Shown here: positions 17,047 through 26,378 of the stretch, in pieces
Numbering within the stretch: the first letter of the stretch is position 1
How the letters are laid out: the number at the start of each line of letters is the position of its first letter
Source: Armatimonadota bacterium
Lineage (GTDB): Bacteria; Armatimonadota; UBA10988
NCBI GenBank assembly: GCA_016235455.1
Contig: JACRKZ010000004.1
Location: 1-28,993, forward strand
Length of the DNA: 28,993 bases
Direction of reading: 5' to 3'
Made by a program: the position numbers and the translations under genes
The notes under the pieces: generated by a model
Told to the model about the DNA's origin: nothing
Database searches by the model: none
What the model saw: only the letters and a program-made list of their open reading frames with translations

Positions 17047-18519
17047 ATGGTAACCATGGAGCAGTTGGTTTCGCTGTGCAAGCGGCGTGGGTTCATCTTC
17101 CCCAGCAGCGAGATCTACGGCGGTTTCCAGAGCACGTACGACTACGGCCCCTTGGGCACGCTGCTGAAGAACAACATCAAGGGCGCCTGGTGGCGCGCCG
17201 TGGTGCAGGAGCGCATGGACATGGAGCCGCTGGACGCCAGCATCCTCATGCATCCGCGCGTGTGGGAGGCCAGCGGCCACGTCGCCGTGTTCAACGACCC
17301 GCTGGTCGACTGCAAGGCCTGCAAGGCCCGCTTCCGCGCCGACCATGTGTGGTTTGTCGAGGCGGTGCACGGCGAGGAGACCAAGCCTTTCGCCATCGAG
17401 GCCGGCGAGGCCGATGAGGCCGAGGCCAAGGCGCGCGAGAAGTATCAGATCGGCAAGAAGTGGGAAGTGCGCCTGACGCCGATGATCATCGACGCGCCCG
17501 AAGGCACCCCCCAGGTCTGCCCGACCTGTGGCGAGAAGGACAGCTTCACCGAGCCGCGCGCGTTCAACATGATGTTCAAGACCGAAGTGGGCGCCGTGGC
17601 GGGGTCCATCGCCTACCTGCGGCCCGAGACCGCGCAGGGCATCTTCGTCAACTACGAGAACGTGCAGCAGACCATGCGCCGCAAGTTGCCGTTCGGCATC
17701 GCGCAGGTGGGCAAGGCCTTCCGCAACGAGATCGTCACGGGCAACTTCACCTTCCGCACGCGCGAGTTCGAGCAGATGGAGATCGAGTACTTCTGCTGGC
17801 CCGAGGACGGCGCGCAGTGCCACCAGGAGTGGATCGACGCGCGCATCGCCTGGTACACGCGGTATGGCATCAAGCGCGAGAACCTGGATCTCTACGAGCA
17901 TCCCGACCACAAGCGCAGCCACTACAGCACGCGCACCGTGGACATCCTCTATCGCTTCCCCATCGGCTTTGCCGAGCTGGAAGGCATCGCCAACCGCACC
18001 GACTTCGACCTGACGCAGCACGGTGAGTTCAGCGGCAAGACGCTGGACTACTTCGACACGAAGACCGAGCGCCGCGTGGTGCCGCACGTCATTGAGCCGT
18101 CGGCCGGCGTCGACCGCAACGTGCTGGCCTTCCTCACCGAAGCCTATGAGGAAGAGGAACTGGTCAACCAGAAGGGCCAGAAGGACGTGCGCACGGTGTT
18201 GCGCTTCCATCCGGCGCTGGCGCCGATCAAGGCCGCGGTGCTGCCGCTGGCCAAGAACCGGCCCGAGATCGTCGACTACGCCACCGCGCTGGCCGCCGAG
18301 CTCAAGCCGCACTACATGACGCAGTACGACGACACGGCGGCCATCGGCAAGCTCTATCGCCGGCAGGACGAGATCGGCACGCTGTACTGCATCACCGTCG
18401 ACCACCAGACCATCGACGATGACAACCAGGTGACCATCCGCGACCGCGACAGCATGGAGCAGGTGCGCATCGCGCGTGAGGAGGTGCTGCCCTGGCTGCG
18501 GGAGCGCATCACGGTTTGA
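17047..18519 (+). CDS. glyQS: Glycine--tRNA ligase, alpha2 (dimeric) type
   Basis: 'CKRRGFIFPSSEIYGG', 'YLRPETAQGIF', 'FRNEI', 'FRTREFEQME', 'ELEGIANRTDFDL', 'IGKLYRRQDEIG'; GAGGAG RBS. Confidence 0.97.
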   Translation: MVTMEQLVSLCKRRGFIFPSSEIYGGFQSTYDYGPLGTLLKNNIKGAWWRAVVQERMDMEPLDASILMHPRVWEASGHVAVFNDPLVDCKACKARFRADHVWFVEAVHGEETKPFAIEAGEADEAEAKAREKYQIGKKWEVRLTPMIIDAPEGTPQVCPTCGEKDSFTEPRAFNMMFKTEVGAVAGSIAYLRPETAQGIFVNYENVQQTMRRKLPFGIAQVGKAFRNEIVTGNFTFRTREFEQMEIEYFCWPEDGAQCHQEWIDARIAWYTRYGIKRENLDLYEHPDHKRSHYSTRTVDILYRFPIGFAELEGIANRTDFDLTQHGEFSGKTLDYFDTKTERRVVPHVIEPSAGVDRNVLAFLTEAYEEEELVNQKGQKDVRTVLRFHPALAPIKAAVLPLAKNRPEIVDYATALAAELKPHYMTQYDDTAAIGKLYRRQDEIGTLYCITVDHQTIDDDNQVTIRDRDSMEQVRIAREEVLPWLRERITV

Positions 18520-18576
18520 CGCCGGTGGGTTGAGGCCGGCAGACGCGAGCCCCGCCGGCCCATCCTGTCGTCGTGC

Positions 18577-19509
18577 TCAGATCTCCAGCCCGCGCAGCGC
18601 CGTCGATTGCCCCAGATCCTGCGGCAAGGTCGGGTTGTCGCTGGTGTAGGCTTCGGCCTTGAGGTGCCCGGCGCGACACAGCGGGCATTGCACCAGCGTG
18701 CAGACCAGGCGCAGCGTCTGGCCCATGGCCTGCTTGGCCTCGGCCTTGTTCTGCTCACGCAGCATCTGCAGCGCCGACGTCTGTCCCTCGGCAACCCAGC
18801 CGCGCACCTGCTCGAGGCGGGCCATGCCGGCCGCCAGCGCGGCCGCCGCCTCGGCGGCGTAGGCGGCCTGGCCCTCGGTGTCGGTCTTCTTCACCTTGCG
18901 CGGCTTGACGCCCGCGCTCAGCACACAGAGCTGCCGCGACTTCATGTAGACGCCGCATCCGCCGCAGTAGGGCAGCGTGCGCATGATGCCGGGCACCATC
19001 AGCCCGCCAAGCGTGAAGCCCAGGATCTCCAGGGCGCGGATGCCATAGCCCCACGCGCCGAGCGCCGAGCCGTTCGTGGCCCGGCCGTTCTCCTCGACCC
19101 AAGCGAACGACCGGGTCGTGAAGTCGAACCAATGCCAGAAGCTGAGGTGCGCGCCGCGGGCGTCGGAGATCGAGGCAAGCAGCTTGGCGAACCGCTCGAA
19201 CTGGATGTACTGCGCGACGAAGTAGGCCAGTAGCTGCAGCACCAGAACCAACACCAGCAACCGGCCGGAGACCTTCACCCCCGTGCGATAGGACATCAGC
19301 CCGTAGCCGATGCCGGCCACGATACCGACCAGTAGCGGCCCTACGGGGATCACGTAGTCCGCGTACCAACCCATCACGTTGGCCTTGTCGCTGACTCGTT
19401 CCAGATACCACACGCCCGCCAACGTCAGGACGGTGGTCGCCAGCCCGCCGATGAGGACCGGTAGGATGGCGCGGCGCGGCGCAGTCTGCTCAGAGCCTAT
19501 CGCTTCCAT
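18577..19509 (-). CDS. Hypothetical membrane protein (about 4 TM helices) with two C-terminal CxxC motifs
   Basis: GGGAG RBS; hydrophobic helices; 'YCGGC' and 'QCPLC'. Confidence 0.75.
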   Translation of the reverse strand: MEAIGSEQTAPRRAILPVLIGGLATTVLTLAGVWYLERVSDKANVMGWYADYVIPVGPLLVGIVAGIGYGLMSYRTGVKVSGRLLVLVLVLQLLAYFVAQYIQFERFAKLLASISDARGAHLSFWHWFDFTTRSFAWVEENGRATNGSALGAWGYGIRALEILGFTLGGLMVPGIMRTLPYCGGCGVYMKSRQLCVLSAGVKPRKVKKTDTEGQAAYAAEAAAALAAGMARLEQVRGWVAEGQTSALQMLREQNKAEAKQAMGQTLRLVCTLVQCPLCRAGHLKAEAYTSDNPTLPQDLGQSTALRGLEI

Positions 19510-19601
19510 GGCGCGACTCCCGGACGATCCCGTTATGCCACGTGGCGGGGCGATGTGCTACGCAAACCCATGGTCGGCCGCCCACCTCGGCTGACGCTGT
19601 G

Positions 19602-21092
19602 CTAGCGACCCGTCTTCGGCAACGGCCCCTCCGGTACATACTCCTGCCGGCTGACCTTCCCGTCGCCATCGGCATCGCGCAAGTCGAACCACTTGCGCGC
19701 GTCGGCCGGCTCCCGGCCCGCGGCGAACTCCTCGTAGCTGAGCTTGCCGTCGCGGTCTGTGTCCAGCCGCTCAAAGGCCTGTGCGCGGCCGCCGCCGGCG
19801 CCCGCGGCCGGCGCTACGGCCGGCAGCGGCAGGTAGTCGAAGTCGGTGACCATCTTCTCCGCCAGGGTCATGCGCAGCTCGCGCTCGACCGCCGCGACGG
19901 CCGGTTGCCCGCTGAGGTTGCGCAGCTCGTTGGGGTCGGCCTGCAGATCGTACAGCTCATAGACCGGGCGCGGCGTGGTGAACCAGGCCGCCTCGAACTC
20001 GGGCGCCAACTGGCCGGCGGCGTGCGCCTCGGTGATGGCCTGGAAGCTGGAATCCGTGAACACGTGCTGCCGCACGCTGGCCTTCTCGCCGGTGAGGATG
20101 GGCAGGAAGCTCGTGCCGGTGATGCGCTGGGGCACGGCCAGCCCAGCCGCCGAGAGCAAGGTCGGCGCCAGATCCTCACCGCTGATCAGCGCGCTGGACT
20201 CGCCGCCCGGCTTGACCACGCCCGGCCAACGCACCACCAGCGGCGTGTGCGTGCCCGGGTCGTGCAGGCTGCCCTTGCCGCTGGGCAGGGCCAGGCCGTT
20301 GTCACCCGCCAGCACCACCAGCGTGTTGTCGACCAGCCCGCGCGCCGCGAGCAGGTCTAGCGCCGCGCCGACACTGCGGTCAAGGCGGTTGACCTCGGCG
20401 CAGTAGTCGGCCAACTGCTCGCGCACCCCCGGCAGGTCGGGTAGCCAGCCGGGCACCCTGATCCGGGCCGGATCGGGCCGCAGTTCGGCCGGGGCGTTCC
20501 AGGGATGGTGCGGGTCGCTGAAGTTGAGCCACAGGCAGAACGGCTTGCCCGCCGGCCGCAAGTCAAGGAACTCGCGGAACTGCTCGATGGCCGCCTGGTC
20601 CGAGCCGGTGCGCACATAGTCGAAGCGCTGCTCGAAGGTCTTCAGTCCATGCTGCTCGAGCAGTTGCCCGTAGGTGTCGCCGACGGCAGACCCCGAGCCA
20701 TCGAGATGGTAGGTGCGGCCGCACACACCCACGAAATAGCCCGCCTGCTGGCGCAGCAACTCAGGATAGGTCACTTCCTCGCGCGGCAGCGGCGACGAGA
20801 ATCGCGTGATGCGCGCCGCCACCGGCGACCGGCCGGTCAGCAGCGACGCCCGCGAGGGCACGCACTGGGGCGCGGTGGTGAAGAAGCGGTGGAACCGCTG
20901 GCCGCCGGCCGCCAGCGCGTCGATGCTCGGCGTCTTGACGTTGCTGTCACCGTAGCAACTCAGGAATGGGTACCCATGGTCGTCGGTCAGCAGAAACAGG
21001 ATGTTCGGCTTGGCCGGCGCGGCCGGCGCGCCCTTCACCGCCGCCACCGTCGCCGCCATCGCGGCTGCTCGCAAGAAGTCACGGCGTTCCAT
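19602..21092 (-). CDS. Tat-exported Cys-type (formylglycine-dependent) sulfatase with a C-terminal EF-hand pair
   Basis: 'RRDFL' Tat motif; 'PNILFLLTDD', 'CVPSRASLLTG', 'GDNG', 'ELYDLQADPNELRNL'; EF loops 'DTDRDGKLSYEE' and 'DADGDGKVSRQE'. Confidence 0.92.
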   Translation of the reverse strand: MERRDFLRAAAMAATVAAVKGAPAAPAKPNILFLLTDDHGYPFLSCYGDSNVKTPSIDALAAGGQRFHRFFTTAPQCVPSRASLLTGRSPVAARITRFSSPLPREEVTYPELLRQQAGYFVGVCGRTYHLDGSGSAVGDTYGQLLEQHGLKTFEQRFDYVRTGSDQAAIEQFREFLDLRPAGKPFCLWLNFSDPHHPWNAPAELRPDPARIRVPGWLPDLPGVREQLADYCAEVNRLDRSVGAALDLLAARGLVDNTLVVLAGDNGLALPSGKGSLHDPGTHTPLVVRWPGVVKPGGESSALISGEDLAPTLLSAAGLAVPQRITGTSFLPILTGEKASVRQHVFTDSSFQAITEAHAAGQLAPEFEAAWFTTPRPVYELYDLQADPNELRNLSGQPAVAAVERELRMTLAEKMVTDFDYLPLPAVAPAAGAGGGRAQAFERLDTDRDGKLSYEEFAAGREPADARKWFDLRDADGDGKVSRQEYVPEGPLPKTGR

Positions 21093-21119
21093 CGGTCCAC
21101 TCCCCTCACGCTCGGGTAG

Positions 21120-23171
21120 TTACGGCCGCCAGTCGACCACACGGCCGCCGGCCGCCAATGCCTTGCCCTGCGGCTCGAGCTTCGTGCCCGCGGGGATGAG
21201 CACCACCACCGCCGCCTGCTCACTGGTCAGACCGAAGTGCGCGCTGCCCTTCGCGCCGCGCGCCAGGTACGCGTCAGCGACGATGTCGTAGACGTCCACC
21301 GCGGCCTCACCCACCGGCAGCGCCACCTGCCGCGTGTCGGCATACGGGTTGTACACCAGCTTCGTTGGCCAGGCCGGCGTGTGCCAAAAGTCAGTCGCCA
21401 GGCAGTCGAGCGCCAGAATGGCCTCGTGGTTGGTGCGGCCGACCAGTGCCGCGAGCAGCCCGATGTGCGCCGAACCATAGACGCCCAGGTCGGTCTTCGG
21501 CCCCCAGCCCATCTCGGTCGGGTCGCCGCCGGCCCAAGGGCTCTGGCCGTGGGCGGTCTGGCGCAGTCCCTCGTAGGCGATGCAAGCCGCGGGGTCGCCC
21601 TTCCATTCGGGGCACTGCTGGTTGGCCGCAGGCAGTTGGTCGGGGTAGAACAGCCGCGCCGCGTTGGTCAGGTTAAGCATCCACTTGCCCACCGCATGGG
21701 CGAAACGCGGGTCGTAACGCACGATGGGCGTCAGCGCCGCCGCCTCGGCGAAGGTGTTCATGGCGAACGCGTAGCCGCCATAGCCGGTGATGCTGCCCAC
21801 CAGGCCGTGGCAGTCCAGCCCGGCCCAGGAGGTGGCCTCAACGCCCCAGGCGCCGCGTGCATTGCCGGGGTCGAAGCACCAGGCGACCAGCCGAGGCAGA
21901 TCGTACGTCGCGCCGGTCTCGGCGTTGGCGCGCGCGGCGGCCTGTACGCCCCAGGGCAGCATGACTTCGTAGTATGGGTTGGTCGTGCGCGCGTTGAGCG
22001 CATCGAGGCAGGTGTGCGCCGCCTCGAAGTGGCGGGCCTCGCCCGTGCGGCGCCAGGCGCAGTACTCCAGCCAGGCGAGTCCCGCGGAGGCGTCGGGCTC
22101 GCGCCACTGGCCGTTGAAGCGCGGGGTCATGCTCTTGAGGTCGATGGCGGTGAACTCGAAGCCCTTGTCACCCAGCACCTTGGCCGCCTCGGCCCAGCGG
22201 TCCGCCTGGGCCGACTGGATGGCGGCGAGCCGCTCGTCGGCCTGGTGGCGAGCGGCCAGCATGGTGAACAACATGCCCGGCCAGATCTCATACCAGGCCG
22301 ACCCGCCGGTGCCGGTGGCCGTGCGGTTCAGCACGACGCCTTCGCCGTTGGCGCGGTTGTAGTAGCCATCGACCATGCGCACCCAGTCGTGCGCGCCGGC
22401 GCGCTTGTCCAGGCCCACCAGCGTGCCGCTGAGCACGGCCGCCAGGCTGACGATGCCCTCGTGGTCCTCGCCCTTCTGCTCGGCGCTGATGTAGCTGGGC
22501 AGGCCGAACATGACGTGGTCGGCGTTGCGCCGCGCGTCGTCGAGCCAGATCAAGGGCAGCCACTGGCCCTTGGCATCGAGGTCAAAGGCCAGCTTGTCGA
22601 AGGCCCGCGCGCGCGCCGGCCAGTCGATGATCTTGAGCGGTCGCGGCAGACTGGGCATGAGGGCGACCGCCTTCACATCCACCTGGCCGGCGGGCACGAC
22701 GCTCGTCGGCGGGTTGGGGGCCGGCAGCAGCTCGACGCTTTCGAACTCCACAAAGTCGCCGGGCTTGCCCTCGATGCCGAGCTGGAACTGCACGGGTCGC
22801 GCGCCGGGCAGCAGCCGCGGGTCGAGACTGATCTCGGCCGTGCCGGGGCTGGTCATGCGCTCGTGGACGGACACCGAGACCATCTTGCCCGTGCCATCGA
22901 CGTCACCGTAGTAGCGCACCAGCCAGTTGCCGCCGGAGATGGCCCGTACTTTGACGCGCAGGCGGCCTTGAGGCGATAGGGTCACGTTGGGCACCGCGGC
23001 GATGGCCCACTTGCGGTCGGCGGCGATGGTCACGCGCAGCGCGCCATCCGCCGCGCCGACCAGCGGATCGTTCATGCGGTCGGTCCAGCGCTCGGGCTGG
23101 GTCAGCAGCGTGCTGGTGAACGGTGCGGCAGCCACGGCCGTGGTCAGCAGCATGAGCATCAGGGCGGTCAT
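21120..23171 (-). CDS. Secreted hypothetical protein, possibly carbohydrate-active (beta-rich N-terminal domain plus a helical Trp/Tyr-rich domain)
   Basis: 683-aa ORF with signal peptide and host-like codon usage; ATG overlaps the GNAT stop. The functional guess is an inference only. Confidence 0.7.
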   Translation of the reverse strand: MTALMLMLLTTAVAAAPFTSTLLTQPERWTDRMNDPLVGAADGALRVTIAADRKWAIAAVPNVTLSPQGRLRVKVRAISGGNWLVRYYGDVDGTGKMVSVSVHERMTSPGTAEISLDPRLLPGARPVQFQLGIEGKPGDFVEFESVELLPAPNPPTSVVPAGQVDVKAVALMPSLPRPLKIIDWPARARAFDKLAFDLDAKGQWLPLIWLDDARRNADHVMFGLPSYISAEQKGEDHEGIVSLAAVLSGTLVGLDKRAGAHDWVRMVDGYYNRANGEGVVLNRTATGTGGSAWYEIWPGMLFTMLAARHQADERLAAIQSAQADRWAEAAKVLGDKGFEFTAIDLKSMTPRFNGQWREPDASAGLAWLEYCAWRRTGEARHFEAAHTCLDALNARTTNPYYEVMLPWGVQAAARANAETGATYDLPRLVAWCFDPGNARGAWGVEATSWAGLDCHGLVGSITGYGGYAFAMNTFAEAAALTPIVRYDPRFAHAVGKWMLNLTNAARLFYPDQLPAANQQCPEWKGDPAACIAYEGLRQTAHGQSPWAGGDPTEMGWGPKTDLGVYGSAHIGLLAALVGRTNHEAILALDCLATDFWHTPAWPTKLVYNPYADTRQVALPVGEAAVDVYDIVADAYLARGAKGSAHFGLTSEQAAVVVLIPAGTKLEPQGKALAAGGRVVDWRP

Positions 23172-23686
23172 CGCATCACTCCGGTCAGCGGGCGGCTGAG
23201 GAACAGCACCTCGAAGGGCAAGTGGTCAAACACGCGGGTGCCCCGCAGGCGGAAGCCGAGCTGCTCATACCAGGCCTGTAGTTCGTGGTGCCCCGCGATC
23301 ATGCCGAGTTGCACCTCGGCCGCGCCGAACGCCTCGGCCTGGGCCAGTGCTCGCCGCACCAGCGCCTGGCCCACGCCCCGACCGCGCCAGCCGGGCACCA
23401 CCGCCAGCCGCTCCATGAAGCAGACGGTGGGGCTCGATGGCTCGACCCCCACGCAGCCCACGATCCGGCCTTGGTCTTCAGCGACGAAGAAGCAGTGGCC
23501 GCGCTCGAACTCGCTCCGCAGCCATTCCGGCCGGCAGAAGGCGGGGTTCGTGGGGCAGTTGTCCGGTGTCAGGCCGAAGCGCTCGGCCACGTCTGCAAAC
23601 GCGGCCACGATAACCGCGGCCAGGTCGACGACGTCGGACTCCACTGCCGCCCGCAGCACGGCCCGCGGGGCGGATTGGGGCTCCAT
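23168..23686 (-). CDS. GNAT family N-acetyltransferase
   Basis: 'RLAVVPGWRGRGVGQALV' acetyl-CoA motif, 'WYEQLGF'; GGAGG RBS before ATG 23686. Confidence 0.9.
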   Translation of the reverse strand: MEPQSAPRAVLRAAVESDVVDLAAVIVAAFADVAERFGLTPDNCPTNPAFCRPEWLRSEFERGHCFFVAEDQGRIVGCVGVEPSSPTVCFMERLAVVPGWRGRGVGQALVRRALAQAEAFGAAEVQLGMIAGHHELQAWYEQLGFRLRGTRVFDHLPFEVLFLSRPLTGVMR

Positions 23687-23765
23687 GGCGCACCCTCCGT
23701 CCCTTGGTTTCCCGACAGCGTAAGCAACTCCTGCCCACAGGGCACTGCCCAGCAGGATGGAGACC

Positions 23766-24599
23766 ATGGGTCGCAAGCTACGCCCGCTGGCGGGCATCCT
23801 GGCCGTCGTCCTGGTCCAGCAGTTCCTCTGGGGGAAGCTGTTCGCCTGGTCGCCGGTGATCGTCGGCTTCGAGCGCCTGCCACATCGCCGCGCGGTGGTC
23901 TACCGGCAGCCGGGCGCCGTGTGGCCGGCCGACCTGGACATCGACGCTCTGGTCGCCCAGGTGGAGCGTTGGCACGGCCTGACCTTCCGGCACAAGCCGC
24001 AGATCGTGGCCTTCGGCGGCGACGCCAGCTACCTGCGCCACGTGCCGACGCGCGCGCGGTTCTGCGCCTTCCCCAGTGGTCGGCTCGTGGTCTCGCCATG
24101 GGCGCTGCGCGAGGCCGCCGCGGGTCGCATCCTGCTGTCGACCTACCTGCGGCACGAGTTGTCGCACCTGCTGCTGTTCGACCACGGCGGCCCGCTCACG
24201 CCGTGGCGGTTCCCGAAGTGGCTGCTGGAGGGCATCGCGGTAACCAGCGCCGAGCAGCAGGGCACACCGTTCTACCCCAGTCGCGAAGCGACCAGAGCGC
24301 TCATCCGTGCCGGCAACTGGGTGCCTCCCACGCAGTTCAAGACCCGCGCCGAGGACGCCATCGTGCTGCGGGTGCCGTACCGTCAGCCGTTCATCTACTG
24401 CCAGAACGCCTGCCTGGTGGACGACCTGATCAGTCGCGTCGGCCGCGAGCGATTCCTCGGCTACGTGCGCGACCTGCTCCGCGCGCGCGACCGGGAGCAG
24501 GCCTTCAAGGCCTGCTTCGGCGAGTCGTTCACAGCGTTCAGCGCTGGCTTCCGCGCCAGGCTGGCTTGTGACAGGACGGCCTCGACCGCACCGCCCTAA
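23766..24599 (+). CDS. Peptidase MA-clan (gluzincin-like) metalloprotein
   Basis: 'HELSH' (HExxH) and downstream 'PKWLLEGIA'; hydrophobic N-terminus; start is ATG 23766 or 23757. Confidence 0.72.
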   Translation: MGRKLRPLAGILAVVLVQQFLWGKLFAWSPVIVGFERLPHRRAVVYRQPGAVWPADLDIDALVAQVERWHGLTFRHKPQIVAFGGDASYLRHVPTRARFCAFPSGRLVVSPWALREAAAGRILLSTYLRHELSHLLLFDHGGPLTPWRFPKWLLEGIAVTSAEQQGTPFYPSREATRALIRAGNWVPPTQFKTRAEDAIVLRVPYRQPFIYCQNACLVDDLISRVGRERFLGYVRDLLRARDREQAFKACFGESFTAFSAGFRARLACDRTASTAPP

Positions 24600-24655
24600 C
24601 CGCCGGGGCAAGGAATCGGCGGCGGCGCGCCGAACCAACCGCCAGGAGCCTGCAC

Positions 24656-26230
24656 ATGCGCCATTTGAGGTGGTTGTCACCCGTTGTTCTGCTCGCGCTG
24701 CTGGCCTGGCCCGCGCGCGCCGACGTCAAGCTGCCCAGGATCTTTGGTAGCGGCATGGTCTTGCAGACCGGTCGGCCGGTACCGGTGTGGGGCACGGCCG
24801 CGCCCAGCGAGAAGGTCACCGTGACCTTCGCCGGCCAGGCCAAGGAGGCCACCGCCGGCGCCGACGGCGCTTGGATGGTCAAGCTCGATGCGCTGCCGGT
24901 CAGTCGCGAAGGGCGCGACCTGACCGTGACCGGCGCCAACACGGTGAAGTACAACAGCGTGCTGGTTGGCGAGGTCTGGGTCTGCTCGGGCCAGTCCAAC
25001 ATGGAGTGGACGGTGGGCGGCGTGTTGGATGTCGACAAGGAAGCCGCAGACGCCGCCAACTACCCGATCATCCGCCACATCAAGGTCAACAACGGCCATG
25101 CGCCGCGCCCTGTGAACGATGTCGACGGCAACTGGACCGTGGCCGATCCCGGCACGGTGCGCGGCTTCACCGCTGTCGGCTGGTTCTTCGCCAAGACCAT
25201 CAGCAAGCAGCTCAACGTGCCGGTCGGCCTGATCGGCTCGAATTGGGGCGGCACCTGCATCGAGACCTGGATCCCGCCCGAGGGCTACCGCCTGGTGCCT
25301 GAACTCAAGGACCTGGCCGCGCGCGTCGACGGCTGGACGCCGACCACCGCATTGGGCGCCGCCAAGTACGCCGAGTACCTGACCCAGCTCAAGGCCTGGT
25401 TGCCGCTGGCCGAGGCCGCGGCCGCCGCCAAGCAGATGCCGCCCGCGATGCCGGCCGAGCCGGTGTCGTGGAACGACGTGCAGGCGCCGACGCGGCTCTA
25501 CAACGCGCGCATCAACCCGCTCATCCCCTATGCCATCCGCGGCGCCATCTGGTACCAGGGCGAGTCCAACGGCGGCGAAGGCATCAGCTACAAGCAGAAG
25601 ACCCAGGCCCTGGTGGGCGGCTGGCGCCAGCTCTGGGGCCAGGGCGACTTCCCCTTCTACTGGGTGCAGTTGGCCAACTTCCAGACTTCCGACCCGAGCA
25701 AGCCCGAGGGCGGTGATGGCTGGTCGCGCCTCCGCGAAGCGCAGACCCAGGCCTGCGCCATCCCCAACACCGGCATGGCCTGCATCATCGACATCGGTGC
25801 CGACAACGATATCCACCCGCGTAACAAGCAGGATGTCGGAGCACGGCTGGCGCTGTGGGCGCTGGCCAAGGACTATGGCCAGAAGGTCGAGTACAGCGGC
25901 CCGCTGTTCCGCGAGATGACCGTGGATGGCGCTCGAGCCGTGCTCAGCTTCGACCATGTCGGCGGCGGGCTGGTCGTCGGCAGCAAGGTCGGCCTGGCCC
26001 CGTTGAAGGAGACGCCCGACGCGCCGCTCAAGTGGTTCGCCATCCGCGGCGACGACGGCAAGTGGTATCCTGGTGAGGCGAAGATCGTGGGCCAGACGGT
26101 GGTCGTCACCAACGCCGCCGTCACCAAGCCCAAGGATGTGCGCTACGCCTTCGCCATGAACCCGGCCGGCGCCAACCTCTACAACAAGGAAGGCCTGCCC
26201 GCCGTACCGTTCCGCACCGACAAGGACTGA
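24656..26230 (+). CDS. Sialate O-acetylesterase (SASA/SGNH family), secreted
   Basis: 'GEVWVCSGQSNM', 'WYQGESN', 'DIHPRNK'; signal peptide; AGGAG RBS. Confidence 0.93.
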   Translation: MRHLRWLSPVVLLALLAWPARADVKLPRIFGSGMVLQTGRPVPVWGTAAPSEKVTVTFAGQAKEATAGADGAWMVKLDALPVSREGRDLTVTGANTVKYNSVLVGEVWVCSGQSNMEWTVGGVLDVDKEAADAANYPIIRHIKVNNGHAPRPVNDVDGNWTVADPGTVRGFTAVGWFFAKTISKQLNVPVGLIGSNWGGTCIETWIPPEGYRLVPELKDLAARVDGWTPTTALGAAKYAEYLTQLKAWLPLAEAAAAAKQMPPAMPAEPVSWNDVQAPTRLYNARINPLIPYAIRGAIWYQGESNGGEGISYKQKTQALVGGWRQLWGQGDFPFYWVQLANFQTSDPSKPEGGDGWSRLREAQTQACAIPNTGMACIIDIGADNDIHPRNKQDVGARLALWALAKDYGQKVEYSGPLFREMTVDGARAVLSFDHVGGGLVVGSKVGLAPLKETPDAPLKWFAIRGDDGKWYPGEAKIVGQTVVVTNAAVTKPKDVRYAFAMNPAGANLYNKEGLPAVPFRTDKD

Positions 26231-26247
26231 CTAGCGTCGGCGCCTGG

Positions 26248-26347
26248 GTGAGCTGCATCCGCAGATAGCGCAGATAGCCGCAGATGAAGACAACGGCCGT
26301 TGCCGGACTCTCTGCGTCCATCTGCGCCATCTGCGGATGGAGCTCAC
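26248..26347. repeat. 100-bp foldback (MITE-like) element with triplicated GCAGAT units in each arm
   Basis: GTGAGCT-G-CATCCGCAGAT-AGCGCAGAT-AGCCGCAGA ... TCTGCGTCC-ATCTGCGCC-ATCTGCGGATG-G-AGCTCAC; internal palindrome CAACGGCCGTTG at 26291-26302. Confidence 0.8.
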
Positions 26348-26378
26348 TTAGGGCCCATGAACCTCGGCCCGGAGTACC

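Noticed and set aside
17300-17540. Insertion between the two CxxC motifs of GlyRS as a possible intein or novel domain
   Set aside because: It corresponds to the variable insertion region of alpha2 GlyRS; it is short and has no intein splice motifs.
23168-23686. GNAT as the cognate toxin of the DUF1778 antitoxin
   Set aside because: It is 6 kb away in another operon and lacks TacT/AtaT-type features such as the N-terminal F.CG...L..L motif.
26255-26340. CRISPR array or simple tandem repeat
   Set aside because: Units are about 9 nt, arranged as inverted arms, with no spacers and no cas genes.
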